From the IMG/VR virus record IMGVR_UViG_3300043424_000514, positions 8,871-72,870 of that record: 64,000 bases of DNA, one strand, 5' to 3'. The notes under the pieces are model-generated. The model ran no database searches, was not told the DNA's origin, and worked only from the letters and a program-made list of their open reading frames with translations. Source of the stretch: a virus. Made by a program: the position numbers and the translations under genes. Shown in pieces: positions 19,516 through 28,711 of this stretch. Each line of letters opens with the position of its first letter. Position 1 is the first letter of the stretch.

Positions 19516-19538
19516 CGCAACCTCTTGAAAATTGTCTG

Positions 19539-19570
19539 TTGACTTTGCGGGATTGCAGGGTTATTACATT
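19539..19570 (+). promoter_or_regulatory. putative capsid-gene promoter TTGACT-N17-TATTAC
   Basis: follows terminator, precedes capsid gene; variant of the recurrent motif. Confidence 0.4.
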
Positions 19571-19694
19571 CCTGACGCTGCTTGCAGGCGGTAACTGCAT
19601 GGACATTACTTGCGTGTAATTCCGATCCCCGCACGGAAAAAACGAACGAGGTGTAACAACCTCACAACCTCAACTTTTTGTTTTTTCTAATCCT

Positions 19695-21026
19695 ATGGCA
19701 GCACTACAAAACATCGAACAACTTTTCGTGGAGTGGGGCGGTTTGATCCGCAACAATGTCGCGAAGAACATCGTAACCTCCGACTTCTACCTCAAATATC
19801 TTCCTAAAGATAAGTGGGTGGATGGTCAGGGCAACCAAGTCAGCTATCCTATTTTCGAGCGTTCGCTTTCCAGCGCCGCGGTCTCGACTCCAGGTGGCGT
19901 GATTTTTGAGAACTGGACCTCCTCGGGCGGCGATGGCGACAACGCCACCAAGAGCGGCACTTACACCGCTTCCCCGAACAACTCCAACCTCGTTGGAGCC
20001 AATGGCGGTTCTCTCTCCCGCAGCGGTATGCTCGGCGGCGGAAGCCACATCGTCGGTCAAAAGATCGACAGCTTCGGCGTGACCGTTCGCACCATGTCGC
20101 TCAAAAAGGCGGCTCTCAACAGCCCCGACATCAACCTCGATGACCTCCAATTCGCTTGGCAGGTCGAGGACCAGGTCAAGAATGTGATCCGTGTCCTTTC
20201 CGAGAACACCAAGTATGTCTGGACCAACACCTACCAGGACGAGTATGTCAACGCCTGCGGACAAAAATCCGTGGCGGTTGCCAACTTCGACCCCACCACG
20301 ACCGACTTCGCGGCCACTCCGGCGACCTCGAAGCTCACCTGGGGCATCCTCGAAGCGATCTACGAGCAACTCGGCTACAACGGCGGGTCGATCAACCCGT
20401 TCGCCCGCGTGGACGAGATGACTCCGATCTATGCCGCTGTCGGCGAGCGTTACACCTTCTCGGACCTCAAGCGCCAAGACGCCAATGTCCGCGACGACTT
20501 CCGCTATGCCTACATGGGCAACGGTGACAGCAACCCGATGCTTTCGGCCCCAGGGCTGAACGCCATCTACCGTGGCTTCAAGTTTTTCACGGTTGAGTTG
20601 CCTCCTCGCTACACCTTCGACGCTGTGGCTGGTGACTGGGTCCGCGTGTTCCCCTACGAGCCCATCGCGACTTCGCGTGGTATGCGTTGGGAGATCAGCG
20701 CCGCCTACAAGGCCGCTCCTTACACCGACACCGTGATCTACCACCAGGATGTGATGAAAGTCCTCACTCCTTCGCCCCGCACCAGCAAGGGCGGCATGAC
20801 CTACAACCCTGCTTATAGCTGGGCTGGCGAGTTCGTGTGGAGGAACATCCCTGACCGCGAGAGCAACATCGACGGCAACACCGGCTTCTTCCGTGCGCTC
20901 TACGCCTACGGCTCGAAAGTCGAGCGCCCCGAGTTGGGCTTTGTGGTCCGCCACCTCCGTTGCGTGGATCGTGCGAACGATCTCACCGACTGCGACGGCG
21001 ACCATGTCTGCCCTCCGGCTCCTTGA
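19695..21026 (+). CDS. major capsid protein
   Basis: 443 aa, follows scaffold, strongly biased codon use, flanked by terminator/promoter and a downstream hairpin. Confidence 0.7.
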   Translation: MAALQNIEQLFVEWGGLIRNNVAKNIVTSDFYLKYLPKDKWVDGQGNQVSYPIFERSLSSAAVSTPGGVIFENWTSSGGDGDNATKSGTYTASPNNSNLVGANGGSLSRSGMLGGGSHIVGQKIDSFGVTVRTMSLKKAALNSPDINLDDLQFAWQVEDQVKNVIRVLSENTKYVWTNTYQDEYVNACGQKSVAVANFDPTTTDFAATPATSKLTWGILEAIYEQLGYNGGSINPFARVDEMTPIYAAVGERYTFSDLKRQDANVRDDFRYAYMGNGDSNPMLSAPGLNAIYRGFKFFTVELPPRYTFDAVAGDWVRVFPYEPIATSRGMRWEISAAYKAAPYTDTVIYHQDVMKVLTPSPRTSKGGMTYNPAYSWAGEFVWRNIPDRESNIDGNTGFFRALYAYGSKVERPELGFVVRHLRCVDRANDLTDCDGDHVCPPAP

Positions 21027-21033
21027 TTAGGTA

Positions 21034-21088
21034 AGCCTCAAACCCCGCCTCCGGTTCCCTAGGGGATCGGGGGCGGTCTTGAGGTTTG
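21034..21088 (+). terminator. long imperfect hairpin after capsid gene, centred on CCCTAGGG
   Basis: AAGCCTCAA..CCGCCTCCGGTTCCC-TA-GGGGATCGGGGGCGG..TTGAGGTTT. Confidence 0.6.
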
Positions 21089-21116
21089 ACCAACACATCA
21101 AACCCGACCAACCCAC

Positions 21117-21368
21117 ATGATTAAATTCCCGATGCCGGAAGGCTACACACTCCCCGAGGGGGCCGACAAAGGCACCTTCGAGGCCCTTGCAACTTTGGAA
21201 GTCGATGGCGAAAACCTCGTGCTCACCGCGATCGACGGCCTCCCCGTCGGCGGCGAGGGTGATGAATCGAAGGAGACGGACGAAGAAGACGAAGCCTACG
21301 CCGAGGCCACCAACCCCGACACAGGGGATTTCCAAAAGGCCATGGCGATGGGCATGATGGGACGGTAG
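21117..21368 (+). CDS. small acidic hypothetical protein
   Basis: 83-aa ORF with A/C-rich leader. Confidence 0.6.
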   Translation: MIKFPMPEGYTLPEGADKGTFEALATLEVDGENLVLTAIDGLPVGGEGDESKETDEEDEAYAEATNPDTGDFQKAMAMGMMGR

Positions 21369-21374
21369 TTCTCC

Positions 21375-23585
21375 ATGATCGCCGACAAGCTCAGGCTCGT
21401 AGATGGGTTTCGAGGGCTTCCCGGCGGAATGGACGGGAGCCAAGACCCTGTCTTGACGCCCGAGACTTCGGTTTACTACGCCGAAAATGTGGTCTTCCGC
21501 GGAGGGGCGGGGCCAAGGACGCGCCCTGGGTTTCATTATGTGGACCTCTTCGGCACTTTCACCGCCATCAACGGCGGAACGGGGCTTCTGACAGGAGCCA
21601 CGGTCGTTCAATGCGCGACGGTCTTCAACCCTCCGAACCGCGAGCCCGTGATGGTCTTTGTGGCGGACGGCAATGTGATCGCGGTCGATCTGGTCGGGAA
21701 GGAAGTGACCTATGTGAACACCGACCAAAACAACGCCATCGTGCCGGTCTTCACGAACCGCACGAACCCGTGCTACGCCTGCCAAGTCGAAGAGTTCTTG
21801 GTGATCCAAGATGGGGTTTCGACGCCTCGGGTTTTGGTTTTTACCGACTCCACAACGATGCGGTTGAATCTAGCGACCTATTATTCGGCAGAGACGCCGA
21901 TCCCAACTGGGAAGCAGATGGCTTACGGGCATGGGCGGTTGTTTGTGACCACTCCGAACGGGCGGGAAATCACAGCGGGCGACATCGCTTTTGGCGGAAG
22001 CCTGACCTCGAAGGACATCGTCTCCTCCTCCGACGACGACCAAGTCGTCATCACGACCGCGACGGCGCATGGCTGGAATGTCGGCGACTATGTGACGATC
22101 TCGGGGCATAGTTCGCTCCCCGCGATCAACGGCACTTTCAAAATCGAATCCAAGCCCGCGACTGACAAGTTCACGATCGCAGCAGCGGTCGGCGTGCCAG
22201 GCTCGGGCGGGCAGGCGACGAAGTTCAATGCAGGCACTTCCTCCGACGCGCTCAATTTCAGCGAAAACACTTTTATCAACGAGGGCGGGAATTTTGTGAT
22301 CCCGCTGGAGATGGGGCCTGTGAAGACGATGGAGTTCCTCCCGATCCAGGATGTGAGCACGGGGCAGGGCGACTTGATTGTCTTTGGCGAACGGGCGGCG
22401 ACGAGTTTCGCGGTCTCCACGCCGCGCACGCAATGGAAGGAGACGGCAGGGTTCCAGCGGGTGCTGTTCTCCAACATCGGCTCACTGGCCGAGACAACCT
22501 GCACGATCAACGGCGACATCTTTTTCCGTTCTCGCGAGGGGAATGGCATTCGCTCCTACCGCAATGCGAGGGCGGAGTTCAGTTCCTTCGGGCAGACGCC
22601 AATCTCCGCCGAGATGGACCCGATCTTTGACAAAGAGGATTTGAGCAAGCTCTCCCGCGTCTCGATGATTTATTTCGACGACCGTCTGCTTATGACCTGC
22701 AAGCCTGCCACGGTGGATGGGCGGCAGGTCTACCGCGGAATCACGGCGATGGATTTCCGCCCCGTGTCGGCCAACAGTGGCAAAGGGTATGCGATCTACG
22801 ATGGCGTGTGGGGCGGGCTGCAAGTGGTGACGCTGCTCACGGGGGTATTCAACGACACGCCCCGCGCTTTTGCCCTCTGCTACCACGGCGACGACATCGA
22901 CCAGCATCAACTCTGGGAGATTACGAAGAACGAAGTTCAAGACAAAAATTCCTATCAAGGTAACGAGTATCGCTTCATCCGCTCGCTGGTGCTGACGAAA
23001 GCCTACGATTTCAAATCCCCCTACTCGGAAAAGAAACTCATCCACGGTGATCTGTGGTTCAGCGAGGTGGGCGGGTGGAGCCAGGAGAATAAAAAATTCA
23101 CCGCCGACTTGAAATTCCGGCCTGACAACAACCCCAACTGGACGGATTGGGGTGACTGGGAACTTTGTTTTTCGGAGGACAACCCAAACGATCCGGGCGA
23201 TGAACCTAGGGCGCTCCGGGGATACGCGCCACAACTTCGCGCCGTGGTGCCCGAGGTGACGACCAATGACTTCACCGACCGCACGATCGGGCGTGGGTAT
23301 GACTTCAAGCTGCGCGTCGAATGGCGCGGGCGGGCGAAGCTGGAAAAACTCCTCGTTCACTCTTTGCAACTCGTCGAGCCCGTGGGCGCTGGGGTGCAAC
23401 GCGACACGGGGGGCTGCGTTTTGGTTTTGCCCGACAGCGTCGAGGAGACTTTGGAAAACACCTACAAGGCGTGGGAGCCCGACGGGCAGACGCTCGACTA
23501 CTTCATTCAACTCACAACCGGCGGCGTGGACTACCTCTCCACTGAAACCGGCGGTTTACTCATCGGCTACCAGAAATACATCTAA
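21375..23585 (+). CDS. tail nozzle / stabilisation protein (P22 gp10- or T7 gp12-like) with inserted beta-barrel domain
   Basis: 736 aa, beta-rich, TPISAEMD motif; insert ITTATAHG..VGD.VTISG....INGTF.I.......FTI resembles E1 FCCH-like domains. Confidence 0.65.
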   Translation: MIADKLRLVDGFRGLPGGMDGSQDPVLTPETSVYYAENVVFRGGAGPRTRPGFHYVDLFGTFTAINGGTGLLTGATVVQCATVFNPPNREPVMVFVADGNVIAVDLVGKEVTYVNTDQNNAIVPVFTNRTNPCYACQVEEFLVIQDGVSTPRVLVFTDSTTMRLNLATYYSAETPIPTGKQMAYGHGRLFVTTPNGREITAGDIAFGGSLTSKDIVSSSDDDQVVITTATAHGWNVGDYVTISGHSSLPAINGTFKIESKPATDKFTIAAAVGVPGSGGQATKFNAGTSSDALNFSENTFINEGGNFVIPLEMGPVKTMEFLPIQDVSTGQGDLIVFGERAATSFAVSTPRTQWKETAGFQRVLFSNIGSLAETTCTINGDIFFRSREGNGIRSYRNARAEFSSFGQTPISAEMDPIFDKEDLSKLSRVSMIYFDDRLLMTCKPATVDGRQVYRGITAMDFRPVSANSGKGYAIYDGVWGGLQVVTLLTGVFNDTPRAFALCYHGDDIDQHQLWEITKNEVQDKNSYQGNEYRFIRSLVLTKAYDFKSPYSEKKLIHGDLWFSEVGGWSQENKKFTADLKFRPDNNPNWTDWGDWELCFSEDNPNDPGDEPRALRGYAPQLRAVVPEVTTNDFTDRTIGRGYDFKLRVEWRGRAKLEKLLVHSLQLVEPVGAGVQRDTGGCVLVLPDSVEETLENTYKAWEPDGQTLDYFIQLTTGGVDYLSTETGGLLIGYQKYI

Positions 23586-24178
23586 TGGCAAACTCGACAA
23601 TCAACGGACTCTCGGAAGTCACAACCCTCGCAACGAACGATCAGTTCGTGGTCTGGGCGACTTCGGCAAACGGAACGCGAAAAGTCAAAGGGGAGAACCT
23701 CGACAAGCTGATCTTCCGGCAACGGTCGGCGGCGACCGATCCTTCGGGAAAGATCGTCCCCATTGTTTCTTATGCGGGCGGAGTTCCGGTGGTGGAGGGA
23801 ATCACTTTTGAAAATTTCACTGCCCCGCTAGGCATCGCCGACAACGCTGTGACATCCGCGAAGCTCGCGCCTTCGGTTCGCGTGAACGCTTGGGCGAAAA
23901 AAACCGCCAACTACACGGCTATCGCGTGCGACCGGATTGCGGCGGATACGACAGCGGGGGCTTTCACGATCACGCTCCCCGCCAGCCCTGCCGCGTTGGA
24001 TTGGGTGCTGATCTCCGACATCGCGCAAAAATGGGGCACCAACAATTTAACGGTAGCTCGAAACAACAGCCTCATCAACGGGCTGGCGGAGAACCTCGTT
24101 TGTGACACCACAGGGGAAATACTGCTGCGCTACGAAGGAACTACTCAAGGCTGGAGGGTTTTTGCTTATGGCTACTAG
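23585..24178 (+). CDS. tail fibre attachment protein
   Basis: ADNAVTSAKLA repeat; C-terminal domain homologous to that of 4837-6531. Confidence 0.65.
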   Translation: MANSTINGLSEVTTLATNDQFVVWATSANGTRKVKGENLDKLIFRQRSAATDPSGKIVPIVSYAGGVPVVEGITFENFTAPLGIADNAVTSAKLAPSVRVNAWAKKTANYTAIACDRIAADTTAGAFTITLPASPAALDWVLISDIAQKWGTNNLTVARNNSLINGLAENLVCDTTGEILLRYEGTTQGWRVFAYGY

Positions 24179-25796
24179 CTTTCAAGCCGCCAAAGCGGCG
24201 CTCGCGCCGTATGTGGACAACGGGATTGACCCAGAGAATGCCCGCGTCACGGCAAGGATCAATGAGGCCCAGCGCCGGTTGATCGACCACTACAACTTTC
24301 TCTCCCGCCGCGAGGAGTTGGAGAAGGACCCGTTGGTCTATGTAGAAAATGGAACCAGTGGATACCTCACCCTTGATGATCTCGACGCGACCAAGGTGAT
24401 GATCCTCGCCCTATGGCGCGAGGAGAACAACGAACTGGAAATTGCGACAGGGCTGGAGCAAAAGGCTCTGGCTTTTGTGGAGCGCAATCTCATGGCCGAG
24501 GTGCAACGCGCCCGCCGCGTCGTCACAGGCGAAGTGGGGCGGCTGCACAACGAGCTTCCCGAGGGGTTGAAATTCTCGACTTCGCGGTTGACGACTTTGC
24601 TCGGGCAGGCGGCGACGGAGGCAACGGCTCATTTGGAGTTCCTCCAAAGACGCGAGGAATTTGAGGGGCCGACTTTGACAGCCTCTTTCGAGGTGAGGAA
24701 AAAACTCGTCGAATCCTACCTCGCCACTTCCCAAGCGGCAGTCGAGCCTGCGATGGCGCTTAAAAAAGACGCGCTCGATCTGCTCGAACGCGACACGATC
24801 GCGGCGGTTCACCAACTCCGCAAAGCCACCACGGGCGAGGTGGGGCGGCTGCACAACGAGCTTGCCACAGGGTTGAAGGTGCCGACTTCGCGCATGACGA
24901 CCCTGCTGAACCAGGCTGTGAATGATGCGATCGCCCATCAGAAATTCCTGCAAAAGCCGGATGACGACGACTTCGCCGCGCCGCCGATCACTTTTGAAAT
25001 CAAGCGGGCGCTCGTGGAGAGTTATCTGGCCGCGATGGAGGGAGCCGCAGAGGTCGCCCTAGGGTTGAAGAAAACCGCGCTCGACCTGATCCAGCGCGAT
25101 GTGGAGGCGCACGACCAGACGCTCCGCCGCACCACACGCTACGATCTCTCGCTCACCTCGCCGAACAGCTTCGGCTACCACTGGGGCCGCGTGGGGCTGG
25201 GCTTCGAGAACTCGCTCACCTTTTCCAACAACGCGATCAAGCGGGCGGTGACGAGCGCCGAGGAATCCCTGATGAACTCTGGCAAGTGGGTCGGCACGAT
25301 TGCCGAATACACCTTGACCCTCTCGAACTCCGGCGAGGTTTTTCTCCCCAGGGAAATCGAGACTGTGCTGTTCGTCTCCTTCGACGGCGACCCGCGCCCC
25401 GTCCACGATCGGTTCGCCGAATACATGACCGGCGGCACCGGCATCCGCACGACGGAGAACCCTGGGCGCAGTGGCTTCTCCGACCTTGGCGACTCGGTGG
25501 ACTCCGTGGATGGCAAGACGAAACGAAAATACTTTGTGACTGTGCCACAGGAGGACAAGGCGACCGTGATCCGCTACCTCGCCAAACGCCGTTTCGTGCC
25601 GCACACGAGCGATTCGGAGCCCATGTATCTGAACAACTACGAGGCGATCGCCCAAGCGGCGATGGCGATTCTGACCAACGGGCAGCAAGGGAACTTTGAA
25701 GCGGCGAAGCAACTCCTCGCCGCGCAGGTTTACCAGCAATACTTCAAGCCACAACTTTATGGGGTTCACAACAAACCTGTCCTTGCCTTGCGCTAG
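24168..25796 (+). CDS. tail adaptor (head-tail connector-like) with internal repeats
   Basis: INEAQRRL and LPREIETV motifs; repeated units of about 100 aa (TGEVGRLHNEL x2, LVESYLA x2). Confidence 0.55.
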   Translation: MATSFQAAKAALAPYVDNGIDPENARVTARINEAQRRLIDHYNFLSRREELEKDPLVYVENGTSGYLTLDDLDATKVMILALWREENNELEIATGLEQKALAFVERNLMAEVQRARRVVTGEVGRLHNELPEGLKFSTSRLTTLLGQAATEATAHLEFLQRREEFEGPTLTASFEVRKKLVESYLATSQAAVEPAMALKKDALDLLERDTIAAVHQLRKATTGEVGRLHNELATGLKVPTSRMTTLLNQAVNDAIAHQKFLQKPDDDDFAAPPITFEIKRALVESYLAAMEGAAEVALGLKKTALDLIQRDVEAHDQTLRRTTRYDLSLTSPNSFGYHWGRVGLGFENSLTFSNNAIKRAVTSAEESLMNSGKWVGTIAEYTLTLSNSGEVFLPREIETVLFVSFDGDPRPVHDRFAEYMTGGTGIRTTENPGRSGFSDLGDSVDSVDGKTKRKYFVTVPQEDKATVIRYLAKRRFVPHTSDSEPMYLNNYEAIAQAAMAILTNGQQGNFEAAKQLLAAQVYQQYFKPQLYGVHNKPVLALR

Positions 25797-25812
25797 GGCA
25801 TGGTGTAATAAC
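25783..25812 (+). promoter_or_regulatory. putative promoter TTGCCT-N17-TAATAA
   Basis: recurrent motif directly upstream of ATG 25828. Confidence 0.5.
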
Positions 25813-25827
25813 AGCAAAGGTTATTAA

Positions 25828-26919
25828 ATGGAAACCCGATCCGAACGCCAATTTCTAATTCTAGGACAGCCTAGGTCCCGCACGGCGTGGCTTGCAAATT
25901 TCCTTACGCGGGGGGATTCCATTTGCCACCATGAACTTAGCGGTCGTGGGCTGAATGCCGCCGCCATGGCCGCAGAGATGTCGAGGGGGGCTCGGTTCGT
26001 AGGGAACTCCGACAGCGCCGCGTCGCCAATCGTAGCAGAGTTATTGAGGCTTTTGCCTGAGCTAAAGCTAGTCGTCATCAAGCGCCCTATGGAGGAAGTT
26101 TTATCTTCCTACCAAAAAGTTGCCGGAGAAAAGCTAGAAAAACTACGGTCTTTTTTGGAAATCAACCAAAAGATTTTGGAAGGCTTGGAGCCGCAGGCGC
26201 TTGTCGTAAATTTCCACTCACTGTCTTCTGCCGAGACGGCAAAGAAAATTTGGAACCATTGTCTCGGGGGCTACATGGAATTTCCTACGGACCAGTTTGA
26301 TTTGTTGCGGACTCTGAATGTGCAAATGGAGCCGCAGTTCATTCGAGGTGCTTTGAGAGGCGGTATGGAACTCCCTGGTCGCGTGGCCCCGCTTACAGAA
26401 AAAGAAACGCAGTTATTGGCACTGGTGTTAGAGGCGCACGCTAAAAGCGCCCTCCGGCAGAACATTTCTACGACCACGGTTTTGCAATGCGCGGCGGGCA
26501 ACGGCACCTTGACCAATAGCATTGCGGCAGGGCTGCTAACTCTGGGCGGAACCCACGCTCCTTTAGAGCAATCCTGCGAGGTGCTGATGGCTAGTAACCC
26601 CGTCGAAGGGGCTCGGCTACTCGTTGCCGACGGTTACAAAGTTCCTGGCTGGGGCAACTCGTTTCATCGCGGAGAGCCCGACCCGTGCTGGGCTGAAGTC
26701 GATCAATGGCTCCAAGAGAATCGCCCAGATTTGTATGCAAAAATTCAAGCCGTCACCGATTTTCTCCGCTCAACTGGAAAGCCTGTGATGCCAAACCCTT
26801 CGACCTACACCGCAGCCGCCGCTTTGGCACTCGGAATCCCGCCTCGTTGCGCCGCTTTTTTGTTCATTCAAGGTCGTCTTTTGGAGTGGGTTAAAATTTT
26901 TATGAGAGGAGAAATCTAA
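25828..26919 (+). CDS. sulfotransferase-like P-loop domain fused to citrate-synthase-like domain
   Basis: FLILGQPRSRTAWLANFL..HE N-terminus; ST...SIAAGLLTLGGTHAP, VPGWGN.FH..EPDP and PN motifs in the C-terminal half. Confidence 0.7.
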   Translation: METRSERQFLILGQPRSRTAWLANFLTRGDSICHHELSGRGLNAAAMAAEMSRGARFVGNSDSAASPIVAELLRLLPELKLVVIKRPMEEVLSSYQKVAGEKLEKLRSFLEINQKILEGLEPQALVVNFHSLSSAETAKKIWNHCLGGYMEFPTDQFDLLRTLNVQMEPQFIRGALRGGMELPGRVAPLTEKETQLLALVLEAHAKSALRQNISTTTVLQCAAGNGTLTNSIAAGLLTLGGTHAPLEQSCEVLMASNPVEGARLLVADGYKVPGWGNSFHRGEPDPCWAEVDQWLQENRPDLYAKIQAVTDFLRSTGKPVMPNPSTYTAAAALALGIPPRCAAFLFIQGRLLEWVKIFMRGEI

Positions 26920-26920
26920 C

Positions 26921-28240
26921 ATGGGCTTAATCGCAGGAGCACTCGTTGGGGGCGCGGTGATCGCAGCCGGAGGAGCCGTCGCCGCAGGAGCCATGCAGGC
27001 CGACGCTACGAACAGGGCCAATGCCTCATCCGCCGCGGCCACCAAGAAATACATGAAGCTGGCCTCGGCGGAAGCCGAGCGGGGCTACGGCGACATGATG
27101 GCGGCGATCGGGAAGCTGGGGGGATCGCAGTCGGGGCTTTCAAACACTTACATCGACCGCACGGGAAAGCTCGTGGATCAATACGGGCAGCAAGTTAAAG
27201 AAGCCCTGGGGAATTTTCCTGATTACTTCACCGGATGGAGTGGGGTCGTTGACAAAGCCGATCAAAATGTCACGGACTTTGAGACCCGCTCCCGAAATGT
27301 CATTAAGGAATCGGCGGATCAGACTTACGATTACAACCTCGGAAGGTTCGACGATTTCACCAATTTCGCGACCCGACTGAGCGAGGAGAACCAGAAAATC
27401 CGGTTGAACCTTGCCAGAGCGGCGACCCCGCTCTTTGACGAGACCCGCTCGCAGATGGCGCTCAACGACCTCCAGCTAACCCAGGGAATCGTGCCCGCCT
27501 CGGTGCAAGCCGAGATCGAGCGTGCAGCCGCCCAACGCGCCCTAGGGGCGGGAACCGGCGCGGGGAGCCAACTTAAAAACAACCTGTCGATGCGTGACTT
27601 GGGGCTTTCCTCCATGGCGGGGATTCAGCAGGGGCAGCAGAATTTCCAAAACCGCCAGCTTCAAGATTACAACACGCTCGTCGCTGGAACGCAGGTCGGG
27701 GTCGAAAATGTTTACAACTGGATGGGGCTCAATACCAACAAGGTCATTGATGTCAATAACGAGAACAGTTGGAAGCTCTTTGAGGCCCAGAAAGTGCCGC
27801 TCGACTACAAGATGGTCGGGCTCAACACCGCGCTGGACAAGAGGTTCGACCTCGCCACGAACCAAGCGAGCTTCCTCCACACGACTTACTCCAATGTCTA
27901 TGGGCAAGAGAGCGAGACGGCTCGCGCCATGGCCGCGATGGAAGCGGCAGCAGCAGAGGCCCGCACGAATGCCAAACTCGGCATCGCGGGTCAAGGGCTC
28001 TCCAATGCTTACGCCAGCGCCAACCGCTCCATGGCTTCGGGGCTCGCCAACGCGCAACTCGTGAGCAACGCCTCGTCGCAGATCGGCGGGTCTTTAATGG
28101 GATTTGGAATGGCGGGCATGACTGGAGGGGGGTCAGGAGGGTTTTCGTCTTACGGACAGATGACTCAACACACCGCCCCCGGCACAACGGGAAGCTATGT
28201 CCAGGGATCAGGGTGGGTTCCTAGGGCGACAGCCGCTTAA
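26921..28240 (+). CDS. ejection / DNA pilot protein
   Basis: Gly/Ala hydrophobic N-terminus, Ala/Gln-rich helices, position after tail genes. Confidence 0.65.
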   Translation: MGLIAGALVGGAVIAAGGAVAAGAMQADATNRANASSAAATKKYMKLASAEAERGYGDMMAAIGKLGGSQSGLSNTYIDRTGKLVDQYGQQVKEALGNFPDYFTGWSGVVDKADQNVTDFETRSRNVIKESADQTYDYNLGRFDDFTNFATRLSEENQKIRLNLARAATPLFDETRSQMALNDLQLTQGIVPASVQAEIERAAAQRALGAGTGAGSQLKNNLSMRDLGLSSMAGIQQGQQNFQNRQLQDYNTLVAGTQVGVENVYNWMGLNTNKVIDVNNENSWKLFEAQKVPLDYKMVGLNTALDKRFDLATNQASFLHTTYSNVYGQESETARAMAAMEAAAAEARTNAKLGIAGQGLSNAYASANRSMASGLANAQLVSNASSQIGGSLMGFGMAGMTGGGSGGFSSYGQMTQHTAPGTTGSYVQGSGWVPRATAA

Positions 28241-28243
28241 TTT

Positions 28244-28711
28244 ATGAGAGGATTCGATGTTCCAATAATCAACCCCACCACAGGGGCCAGTGAATACGGG
28301 GCCAATCTCGCCCAGTGGGATTGGAAGCCTTTTGACACGGCCATGAAAGCGGCCAAGACGACCTACGACATGGTCCAAGGCAACAAGGAAGAAAAGCGCC
28401 AGCAGGAGGAGTTCGAGTTGGAAAAACTCCTCTTTCCTTCCAAGCAGAAGGCCGCAGAGCTTCAACTCACCAAGCTGCAAAGCGAGATCAACGAGAATAA
28501 CGCTAGGGCCGAGGCTTTGTTAGGTCAGGCAGATGCGGATGGTTTGGCCGAATATGGTGGTTCGTTACACCCTGAACGCTATGCCCCTCTCGGCATCAAT
28601 GCCCCGTCATCGGTATTCAGGCCATTCATTTCAAAACAAAAATCGTCTGCATCGTCCGACGCGGTTTCACTAAATCTGGGCACTAACGCAGCGCAATACT
28701 TCCCACAATAA
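28244..28711 (+). CDS. putative ejection protein
   Basis: helical ORF in the ejection module. Confidence 0.5.
   Translation: MRGFDVPIINPTTGASEYGANLAQWDWKPFDTAMKAAKTTYDMVQGNKEEKRQQEEFELEKLLFPSKQKAAELQLTKLQSEINENNARAEALLGQADADGLAEYGGSLHPERYAPLGINAPSSVFRPFISKQKSSASSDAVSLNLGTNAAQYFPQ

Noticed and set aside
15406-23510. Long antisense ORFs (15406-16989, 18223-19299, 19704-21005, 22482-23510)
   Set aside because: Mirror frames of GC-rich, codon-biased sense genes; no motifs or leaders.
26380-26919. Functional citrate synthase as an auxiliary metabolic gene
   Set aside because: Domain is truncated and two of three catalytic residues appear substituted.
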